From a virus (Duplodnaviria; Caudoviricetes), in IMG/VR virus record IMGVR_UViG_3300037424_000608, positions 1-32,226 of that record: DNA of 32,226 bases; one strand, given 5' to 3'. Below are positions 16,741 through 23,959 of the stretch, in pieces; position 1 is the stretch's first letter; every line of letters starts with the position of its first letter. The position numbers were made by a program, and so were the translations under genes. The notes under the pieces were generated by a model that saw only the letters and a list, made by a program, of their open reading frames with translations, searched no databases and was not told where the DNA came from.

Positions 16741-17549
16741 ATAATCTAGACAGATTGAAGCTCGCAAATATCTTTCAATCTCCTAATGCTTATCTTATTG
16801 CTATCTTTGCAGTCTGCATTGTGTTCGTAGCATTCATGCCGAGCATGGGGGTTGACTTCTCGCTTCTTTATCCAGCAGGGCGGGCGGTTTGGGATCTTCA
16901 AAATCCGTACATTGCCGCTCCGCATTTCTACAATCCGCCCTGGATGCTAGTGATTCTTGCGCCGCTCTTCATATTGCCGATACAAGTCGCGCGTTGGTTG
17001 TGGATGGCAATTGGGATTGTCGGGTATCTGGTAGCCTTTCGCCGCATGAATTTTGACGGCTTTACGATTGTCGCATTCTTTCTTACCCCGTTTATTTATT
17101 TTGACATCGGCATGGGTAACTGTGAATGGCTGGTACTGCTTGGCACTACTATGCCGATTGCGTGGGGTGCGTGGGTAGTGATCCTAAAACCGCAGGCGTC
17201 TTTTGTCCTGTTGGGGCTGTGGATAAAACAACGTCATTGGTCTGCGTTATTCCCCTTGCTCGCCCTGGGTGCGTTGTACCTGTTCGGCTTGTGGGGATTA
17301 CCGGAGCGGTCAACTATGCCATGGTCCGCAGACATATTCCCTTATGGCGTGCCGGTTGGTTTGGTTTTGGCATACCTTGCATTCAAGCGGGATGATTGGT
17401 ATCTTGCGCTTGCCGCCGCTCCGTTTCTCTCGCCGTATCTGGCTTTGCAGAGTTGGATTTTTGCGTTATTGCCGCTCACTAGAAACCGCTATGCTTTGGC
17501 TGCTGGTGCGGCCGTAAGTTGGATAGGTGCACTGTTGTTTTTGGGATAA
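16737..17549 (+). CDS. GT87/DUF2029-like membrane (GT-C) glycosyltransferase
   Basis: Multi-TM protein. DFSLLYPAGRAVWDLQNPY...FYNPPW..ILAPLFILP...A..LW, GN and LKPQ match the GT87 D-F...A...G/NPY...YPP pattern. Confidence 0.7.
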   Translation: MNNLDRLKLANIFQSPNAYLIAIFAVCIVFVAFMPSMGVDFSLLYPAGRAVWDLQNPYIAAPHFYNPPWMLVILAPLFILPIQVARWLWMAIGIVGYLVAFRRMNFDGFTIVAFFLTPFIYFDIGMGNCEWLVLLGTTMPIAWGAWVVILKPQASFVLLGLWIKQRHWSALFPLLALGALYLFGLWGLPERSTMPWSADIFPYGVPVGLVLAYLAFKRDDWYLALAAAPFLSPYLALQSWIFALLPLTRNRYALAAGAAVSWIGALLFLG

Positions 17550-17552
17550 CTT

Positions 17553-17741
17553 ATGCTCATTGATACTCACATCGTACACGAACAGGATAGGCAGGCGGCT
17601 ATAGAATTCCGCGCGGCATTGATTCAGCAAGTCAAGGCGCTGGAACAGCAGCGCGCCGCATTATTGGCGCAGGTGGCAATTTTGGAACGGAAATATAAAA
17701 TTGGGAAGGAAATGAATAATGGAAACGGTAGCAAGCCATAA
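17553..17741 (+). CDS. Small coiled-coil protein
   Basis: Internal repeat RAALIQQV/RAALLAQV. In-operon position. Confidence 0.55.
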   Translation: MLIDTHIVHEQDRQAAIEFRAALIQQVKALEQQRAALLAQVAILERKYKIGKEMNNGNGSKP

Positions 17742-17937
17742 TATGTTGTTATCAGGGTATCTTTTGCGCGTGGCGTGTTCTGAATGTGGTTGCACTATGA
17801 GAGTTTTTGAAGAGACGAAATGGCGCATGAAGAAAATAAAATACCTTACTTGCGAGACTCCGAAGTGTGTGAACTTCGAAAAACACTTTACACCCCCGAT
17901 GGTTGAATTGAGATTACAGGATAATCAACAGAAATAA
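17719..17937 (+). CDS. Small Zn-ribbon protein
   Basis: CSEC...CETPKC. AAGGA upstream. Confidence 0.55.
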   Translation: METVASHNMLLSGYLLRVACSECGCTMRVFEETKWRMKKIKYLTCETPKCVNFEKHFTPPMVELRLQDNQQK

Positions 17938-17993
17938 CCCCGCATTGCTATAGTGCAGGACTTCAACAGCGGTTGTCTGTTAGGAGAAAAATA

Positions 17994-18278
17994 ATGAATA
18001 TCCTTAACATACTACAAAGAAACAGAAAGCGCAAAATCGTTGCGCCATACGTCCGCGCCGCTTCGCTAGAAATCTGTACTTACTTGTTATCTTTGAAGCC
18101 TGGAAAGTTGAGCGACGAAGAAGTACAGACAGGTTTCCGCGTTTTTGCTCACAACCGGCTTTTTATGCCCATAGAAATCGCGGGTGATTTTCGCAGCTTG
18201 TTACAGCGGAGCTCGAACGACAACGGAGAAGTGGCTGAGCTTGCATTTCACATGAAAGCCTACACAAAAAGGTATTGA
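17994..18278 (+). CDS. Hypothetical protein
   Basis: AGGAG RBS before ATG 17994. Confidence 0.6.
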   Translation: MNILNILQRNRKRKIVAPYVRAASLEICTYLLSLKPGKLSDEEVQTGFRVFAHNRLFMPIEIAGDFRSLLQRSSNDNGEVAELAFHMKAYTKRY

Positions 18279-18296
18279 ATAACTACTCGATTAGGC

Positions 18297-18340
18297 TTGA
18301 CTAAATTATCATAATTCAAACGATGAATTTAGTGTATAAT
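18297..18340 (+). promoter_or_regulatory. Putative promoter (-10 TATAAT 18335-18340) overlapped by inverted repeat ACTAAATT/AATTTAGT
   Basis: AT-rich intergenic region with a perfect TATAAT. 8-bp inverted repeat at 18300-18307 and 18326-18333. No consensus -35 at 17-bp spacing. Confidence 0.45.
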
Positions 18341-18409
18341 ACAGACAACTAAATAGTGACTCGCGTTGGTCGGCCTTTCGGAAGGCCAGCGGTACGACAA
18401 GAAGCATAC

Positions 18410-18452
18410 AAAGCGGCTTGTGTCCAAAATGGACGCGAGCCGCTTTTCTTTT
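18410..18452 (+). terminator. Intrinsic terminator-like hairpin upstream of scaffold gene
   Basis: AAAGCGGCTTGTGTCC-aaaat-GGACGCGAGCCGCTTT forms a 16-bp stem with two G-U pairs and runs into TTTTCTTTT. Confidence 0.75.
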
Positions 18453-18493
18453 ACGTTACCGTCTACGGTAAAGACGGGGAAAGGTTTGTGACG

Positions 18494-19159
18494 ATGTTCA
18501 AAGACATCATGAGTAAGGCCGTTCGGTTTGAAGCTAATACGGGCGGCGGTTCTGGTAGCCAGGAAGAAACGCCTACTGGCGGCGGGACACAGAACGACGA
18601 CGGAGTAATAAAGCCCGTCACGATGACGCAGGCAGATTTAAACAAGATCGATGCTGAGACGAAAAGAAAAGCTAAAGAAGCTGAACGCAAGGCGCTTCTA
18701 GAAGCTCTCGGTGTTGAAAAGTTGGACGATGCCAAAGCGATCATCAAAGCGGCGAAAGACGCAGAGGAAGCCAATAAATCGGAGATTGACAAGGCAACCA
18801 AACGCGCCGATACCGCTGAGGCGAACCTTACCAAATTGCAGAGCGAAAATACCGACTTGAAACTGCAACTGAAATTTGGGCAGAAAGTAGATGAGCTCGG
18901 ATGGAAGTTTGTCAGCATTACCGCCGCCGAAGATGCTTTTAGGGCATTGGACCGGCAACTAGTCGGTGATGACTTTTCCGGCTTAGACAATGCAGTCGAG
19001 AAACTACAGACAGATCGTGGTTATCTGCTTGCTAAGTCTGACGGAAAACCCCCGGTCAGCCCCCCGCCCGCAGATGGCAGGCAGAAGGGCAAGGGGAATC
19101 AGGTAGCGCTCTCGCAAGAAGCAATCAATAATAAGCGGTCGCAAGTTGCGCCGCTCTAA
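18494..19159 (+). CDS. Head scaffolding protein
   Basis: Gly-rich acidic N-terminus, TMTQADLNKI motif, long K/E/A coiled coil, YLL then a Pro/Gly C-tail. Precedes the capsid genes. GGGGAAAGG upstream of ATG 18494. Confidence 0.85.
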   Translation: MFKDIMSKAVRFEANTGGGSGSQEETPTGGGTQNDDGVIKPVTMTQADLNKIDAETKRKAKEAERKALLEALGVEKLDDAKAIIKAAKDAEEANKSEIDKATKRADTAEANLTKLQSENTDLKLQLKFGQKVDELGWKFVSITAAEDAFRALDRQLVGDDFSGLDNAVEKLQTDRGYLLAKSDGKPPVSPPPADGRQKGKGNQVALSQEAINNKRSQVAPL

Positions 19160-19191
19160 ACCCCCGGATTTACGGGGAGGAGTAAAAAATC

Positions 19192-19614
19192 ATGGCTATT
19201 GTGGTACGAGCTTCAGACGCTTCGCTTGATGCAAATCAAGCGCGGCAAGTTCTCGCAGGCAACGCATACGCCGGGGAAGCATTGGACGCAGTATCCGCGT
19301 GCTACATCAAAACCAGTGATGGCTTGGTGTACATGTGTGATGGTGTAGCCAATAACGAAGCTGCTGAGTTCATCGGCTTCACCCCCCGCGCGGTTGCATC
19401 CGGCGAGCCAGTCACGCTTTACGGCGCTGGCACACGTTTCAAATATTCATCCGGCATGTCCCCCGGCTCGATCCTGTACCTGCGAGACGCCGACGCCTAT
19501 TATGACGCCGGCAATCTGGATACGACTGCCACAACCGGCGATACGCTGGGCACGGCGGTCGCAATTTCAGCCACCGACATCCTGGTCACGCGCACCCGCG
19601 TACAGGGTGGATAA
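19192..19614 (+). CDS. Capsid decoration/cement protein
   Basis: AGEAL...CYI..DG.VY...A...GEPVT...G...GMSPG..LYL pattern. Lies between scaffold and MCP. GGAGGAG RBS. Confidence 0.7.
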   Translation: MAIVVRASDASLDANQARQVLAGNAYAGEALDAVSACYIKTSDGLVYMCDGVANNEAAEFIGFTPRAVASGEPVTLYGAGTRFKYSSGMSPGSILYLRDADAYYDAGNLDTTATTGDTLGTAVAISATDILVTRTRVQGG

Positions 19615-19626
19615 AGGAGAGCGGAA

Positions 19627-20694
19627 ATGGCTATCAACACTGGTACACACGATATTTCTACACTCCTGGCGACCCGCTTTAGTTCCGCCGCCGATTACGG
19701 GCTGGATACCATCACGCAGGTTTTGCAGAACGATCTTGCGGCCTGGAACGCTACGGTCGTGGAGATGGTCGGTCAGATGTGCGATGTCACAAATGATCGG
19801 CAGCGCAAATATGGTACATCCGCCAACGGGCAGATGGCCGAAGTCGATGAATACGGCAAGGCTCCGACCCAGCGCGCGCTCCCTGGCGCTACGGTCGGTT
19901 TCCCACTGCGGAAATTCCAATTCAATCTTGGCTGGACTGCTGATTTCCTTTTGCAGGCTACCCCGGCAGATTTAGCGACCATGCAGTTGAATGCTCAGAA
20001 AGCGCACTGGCGCGAAATTCAACGGCAGATCAAGAAAGCGATCTACATTACGGCGAACTACACATACAATGACCACCTGGTCGATAATGTGGATTTAGCC
20101 GTCAAGCGCTTTGTGAATGCAGATGGAGCAAGCATCCCTGACGGGCCGAATGGGGAAACCTTCGACGGCTCCACGCACACTCACTATGACGCCAATAATG
20201 GTTGGTCCGCCGCCTCACTGCTCGCTATCATCAATGATGTTATCGAGCACGGGCATGGCAACGCGGTCAAGGTTGCGATCAACAAGGCCGACGAAACCGC
20301 CGTTCGTGCTCTGTCCGGCTTCCAGGCGTATCTTGACCCGCGCCTTGCGGTGCCAATCTATTCAGCAACCGGCGTCCCCACTCAAACCCTGGACGTATCC
20401 CGCCTGGATAACCGTGCAATCGGTATCTTCGAAGGCGCGGAAGTCTGGGTGAAGTCCTGGGCAATCGATAACTATCCCTTTATATGGGATGCATCCAGCC
20501 CGAATAAACCGCTTGCATTCCGGCAGAACAGCGTGTCTGCCTTGCAGGGCTTGCGCCTTGCGGCCAGCCTGCCAGATCACCCGTTGTACGTTGACTTCAT
20601 GGAAGCCTACTTTGGCGTTGGCGCCTGGACTCGCACGAATGGTGCGGTGCTTTATGTTGGGGCCGGCGCATGGAGCGACCCAACAATAGCTTGA
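19627..20694 (+). CDS. Major capsid protein
   Basis: 355 aa with AAGGAG RBS. Position after scaffold and decoration genes, followed by a hairpin. Contains TFDGSTHTHY. Confidence 0.82.
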   Translation: MAINTGTHDISTLLATRFSSAADYGLDTITQVLQNDLAAWNATVVEMVGQMCDVTNDRQRKYGTSANGQMAEVDEYGKAPTQRALPGATVGFPLRKFQFNLGWTADFLLQATPADLATMQLNAQKAHWREIQRQIKKAIYITANYTYNDHLVDNVDLAVKRFVNADGASIPDGPNGETFDGSTHTHYDANNGWSAASLLAIINDVIEHGHGNAVKVAINKADETAVRALSGFQAYLDPRLAVPIYSATGVPTQTLDVSRLDNRAIGIFEGAEVWVKSWAIDNYPFIWDASSPNKPLAFRQNSVSALQGLRLAASLPDHPLYVDFMEAYFGVGAWTRTNGAVLYVGAGAWSDPTIA

Positions 20695-20706
20695 CAAATT
20701 CAATAG

Positions 20707-20730
20707 GCAGGCGGTGTAAAAGCCGCCTGC
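20707..20730 (+). terminator. Stem-loop after major capsid gene (attenuator or mRNA-stabilising; no U-tract)
   Basis: GCAGGCGG-N8-CCGCCTGC perfect 8-bp stem. Confidence 0.55.
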
Positions 20731-20749
20731 TAGAAAGTTGAGATTGCAC

Positions 20750-20980
20750 ATGGCCGAAACAGTAAAAGGCGGTATGTATCTCTCCGCAGACGGCAAAACG
20801 TGGCATGATGCGAGCGGCAAGGTCATCAAGACCGTTGCCAGTTTGACCGTGAAAACGGAAGAGCATGCTACGCCCGCACCGCAGGTCGAAGATATAGCGC
20901 CGCCCCCGATGGTGTCGCCACTGACCGGCGAAACTGCAACAACTAAGCACAGATTGAGTAAGTCGAAGAAGGCTAAGTAA
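20750..20980 (+). CDS. Small head-associated hypothetical protein
   Basis: GGMYLSADGKTWHDASGK followed by a Pro-rich and basic tail. TAATG coupling to the next gene. Confidence 0.65.
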   Translation: MAETVKGGMYLSADGKTWHDASGKVIKTVASLTVKTEEHATPAPQVEDIAPPPMVSPLTGETATTKHRLSKSKKAK

Positions 20981-21441
20981 TGGCATACGGGACGCCCGCT
21001 AGAGTCGCTGAATACGCTGGGATTTATTCCCGAGATGGGGTATTTTATGACCCGTCTAACTCTCCGCTTGTGCGCGGTACGAATCCGACTCTTGCCGCTG
21101 TAACGAATTACATCGCCGATATTTCTGCACTCTTTGATACCGCACTTGAAAATAACTGGTTTATTACTCCCGTCCTACAGGCTGACGCACCTGAAGCATA
21201 CCGCACGATTACTAGCCGTGTGATTGTCCTGGCTGCTGATCTGTGTGCCTTTGCTAACAGCAAGGGGCGTTTGTTTACCGATCGCGTAGTTGAAATCGGG
21301 CCGATGAACGTTATCAACAAAGAGATAAACGCCTGGGTGAGAGACCACGCAACGGGGCTGGAAAATCAGGGCGTTCCCCGCCGTGATCAATCTGGCGCGG
21401 GCGCGGGCGCGTACAGCGTGCCCCTGGGCAGGCAGACGTAA
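20980..21441 (+). CDS. Head-tail adaptor (gp6/gp15-like)
   Basis: MAYGTPARVAEY N-terminus typical of adaptors. Position after the MCP. Confidence 0.65.
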   Translation: MAYGTPARVAEYAGIYSRDGVFYDPSNSPLVRGTNPTLAAVTNYIADISALFDTALENNWFITPVLQADAPEAYRTITSRVIVLAADLCAFANSKGRLFTDRVVEIGPMNVINKEINAWVRDHATGLENQGVPRRDQSGAGAGAYSVPLGRQT

Positions 21442-21442
21442 C

Positions 21443-21916
21443 ATGCCGCAACTTACTATCCACTCCAACGTTCCGGTAGTGCGCAAGGGTTTAGAGCGTT
21501 TGCGTGGTGGTTTTCCGCAAATTGGGCGCTTGCGCCTGTATAATGCCGCCAAAGAAATCCAAAGGCGCATGAAAAAGGCGGGCAAGAAAATCAAGTATCC
21601 GGTCAATTGGCATAGTCTCAAACAAATGCTAGCTTTCTTTGCGTCTGATGGTTTCGGGCGCGGCATTCCAACGGTCCGCACCAACAGGTATATAAACGGT
21701 TGGCAGGTCCAACGCGCGAGCGCTGGCTATACCGTCTTACACAACAAAACCAAAGGCGCGCGCTACATTGGCGGGCTTGCGGACGGTTCAGGGCAATCTA
21801 AGATCCACAAGGGTCGCTGGCCGCTCTTCCGTGATGTGGCCGATTTGGTGATAAGCAAGCTGCCGAAACTGGTGGTCAAAAACTTGCGTGAGTTCGTGCC
21901 CAGGGCTTTCAAATGA
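21443..21916 (+). CDS. Neck/tail completion protein (HK97 gp10-like position)
   Basis: Basic protein with RT..Y..GW and A.YI.G...QS..H..RW pattern. ATG 21443 lies 1 nt after the previous stop. Confidence 0.55.
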   Translation: MPQLTIHSNVPVVRKGLERLRGGFPQIGRLRLYNAAKEIQRRMKKAGKKIKYPVNWHSLKQMLAFFASDGFGRGIPTVRTNRYINGWQVQRASAGYTVLHNKTKGARYIGGLADGSGQSKIHKGRWPLFRDVADLVISKLPKLVVKNLREFVPRAFK

Positions 21917-22392
21917 CCGATTTTTATCAGCAAGCAGAAGATGGCTTAACCGCGCAGTTACGAACGCTTACCGACCTGTTCCCTGCCGGTATAGGCAAAG
22001 CGGCAGGGTGGCAGGTGTCCAGTTCGGATACGGTCATCTCTGAGGGTGGTGAATATTTCATAATCGTTCGTCCCGGGGCTTTTCCTGTGCGCCGCGCGGC
22101 GGGCAAGTTGATCGATGTAGAATGGCATTGTACAGTCGTTTTTCATCAGCGCTTTACGCAAGCGGAAGACGCCTGGACAGACTTCAAGGCGGCTCGTTCT
22201 GAAATCTTCAACAAAGTCAATGGCGATCCTACTCTCAATCAAACCCCGTTCGTCTGGGATGTCCTGATGGACTCAACGGAAGAGCCTGGATACTTGCAAG
22301 ACAGTGACGGCAATTCTCAAAACATCATCGTGCAATCGTTCGATGTAGCAATCACGCAGCGCATACCACGCGCTACGGCAATTAGGAGTTAA
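21913..22392 (+). CDS. Tail terminator-like protein
   Basis: Acidic ~160-aa protein with a DPTL motif, immediately before the tail tube gene. ATGA overlap. Confidence 0.6.
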   Translation: MTDFYQQAEDGLTAQLRTLTDLFPAGIGKAAGWQVSSSDTVISEGGEYFIIVRPGAFPVRRAAGKLIDVEWHCTVVFHQRFTQAEDAWTDFKAARSEIFNKVNGDPTLNQTPFVWDVLMDSTEEPGYLQDSDGNSQNIIVQSFDVAITQRIPRATAIRS

Positions 22393-22396
22393 TATT

Positions 22397-23215
22397 ATGG
22401 CAAATCCTTCTGATATTACCTGGGGTCTGGATGTCTATCGTATTGTGGCATTCCCCCTTTCTTCTACCGGCGCGCTTTTAGCGACTGATACTGCCCCCTA
22501 TGAAGGGGTTGAGTTTGCCGGGCCTAAATCGTTTGTCCCTAACCTGGGCGCGGTGAGGAATATCGTCAACGTCTCACAGGGTAAGGTAAATGACACTATC
22601 CACCTGCCGAGTATCGACCCAAAAACTGCTGAACTGCGTTGCTCGTATGACAAGCAGACGCTGGACGCGCTGCTTTCAAATACCAACAAGACCACGCTCG
22701 GAGAGGGCACTGTCACCCACTTCGGCACGGACAAGGAAGGTACTGAAATCCTTTGCGGCCTGGTTGCTTCGCAGCTTATCTCGCATGATGATGATGGCCT
22801 GGTGGTCTGGCGTCATTACATCGTGGCGCGTGCCACTATCGTTCCATCCCCCGTCAACTTCGATGAAAACGCGTTAGAGAAGGTGTACCAGGTCACGATG
22901 TCCGCTGCGACCCGTGAGCTATGGGGTAAGACCTTGACCATAGCGGCTGAAGGTTGCACGAAGTCCACCATGACCCAGCTTGTCACGGAGAACAATTGGG
23001 CGGTTATGGCTTGGCTTGCAGACGGTACAGAGCCGACTTTCTACTTCCCCGCAGACAAGCCGCCTGTAAGCGCAGCTAAGACAAAGTTGTGGAACTTTGC
23101 AACTGGTGCAGATGTGGCGTTTGCCCTGGTCGATGACTCTTACGGGGAAGGCGTGACGCCTACCGTACTACCTGCTAATAACACCCTGCTCATTGCAACT
23201 TATGAATGGGATTAG
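22397..23215 (+). CDS. Major tail (tube) protein
   Basis: AGGAG RBS. 272 aa, Thr-rich. Precedes the chaperone and tape measure genes. Confidence 0.72.
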   Translation: MANPSDITWGLDVYRIVAFPLSSTGALLATDTAPYEGVEFAGPKSFVPNLGAVRNIVNVSQGKVNDTIHLPSIDPKTAELRCSYDKQTLDALLSNTNKTTLGEGTVTHFGTDKEGTEILCGLVASQLISHDDDGLVVWRHYIVARATIVPSPVNFDENALEKVYQVTMSAATRELWGKTLTIAAEGCTKSTMTQLVTENNWAVMAWLADGTEPTFYFPADKPPVSAAKTKLWNFATGADVAFALVDDSYGEGVTPTVLPANNTLLIATYEWD

Positions 23216-23222
23216 GCCATAG

Positions 23223-23660
23223 ATGGAATTCAAGCTAAAAAGCAAGGTTGTCGAGTTCGTTGATTCTGATGGGAAAGTGGTCGGGTGCGTTACCGTTACC
23301 CAGGCTACTTTCCTGTCGGATCAATTACTTGATGAAATGCAACAAGCCGCGCTCGAACAGAATGAAGCTGAAGTCAAGGCGTTGGGTGAAAAGACGCTGA
23401 CGCCTGAACAGGTAAAAGTGCATGCTGTGCGTTATGCGATCTATCCGAAAATGGCGGCTTGTTCTAGCGGTGATGTTCCTACCCTTGAAGATGTGATTTA
23501 TCGGATGCCTATCACCGAATCAGACAAATGGTGGAACGCGGCGAAGGAAATCAACCCCAGTTGGTTCGAAGTGTTCGCAGACATCGAAAAGATGTCTGAC
23601 GCTGAAAAGAAAAAAAAACAGCGGAAACGGGCAGGATCATCGCGCGTATCGGTAAGCTGA
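23223..23660 (+). CDS. Tail assembly chaperone (gpG-like)
   Basis: Lies between tube and tape measure genes. Ends shortly after an A9 slippery run at 23610-23618. Confidence 0.8.
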   Translation: MEFKLKSKVVEFVDSDGKVVGCVTVTQATFLSDQLLDEMQQAALEQNEAEVKALGEKTLTPEQVKVHAVRYAIYPKMAACSSGDVPTLEDVIYRMPITESDKWWNAAKEINPSWFEVFADIEKMSDAEKKKKQRKRAGSSRVSVS

Positions 23661-23959
23661 CACGCGAGCAAGGCAAGGACATCCCGGCAGTCCTGAACTT
23701 TACAGAGCTTGAATTCAATCGAAATTATGACCTGTGGACGATATGGCAGGCGGTAGGGAAAAAACCGACTGAGTTTATCGCTGCGATGTACCTGCCGTCC
23801 GCTTTGCTTAATTTCTTCTTTCGCGCCGATAACATTTTAGATAAGTTGCAACGGCAGAAAACAGAGAGCAAAGGCGGCAACCTGAGCGGAATCGGCCAGA
23901 TCATCGAACGCTTGAAAAACAGGAAGAAGGAACGCAAGGAGATAATGGATGCCAACTAA
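23223..23959 (+). CDS. Tail assembly chaperone long form (gpGT-like) via -1 frameshift at 23610-23618
   Basis: The -1 frame after AAG AAA AAA AAA C is open (TAETGRIIARIGKL...EIMDAN*) to TAA 23957-23959 and overlaps the tape measure start. Confidence 0.8.

Noticed and set aside
18356-18493. N-terminal extension of the scaffold ORF from GTG 18356
   Set aside because: It runs through hairpins and a terminator-like structure and has no RBS. ATG 18494 fits better.
21383-21442. ARARART low-complexity N-terminus of the 21383 ORF
   Set aside because: It is an off-frame reading of the GAGAGA tail of the upstream gene. The real start is likely 21443.
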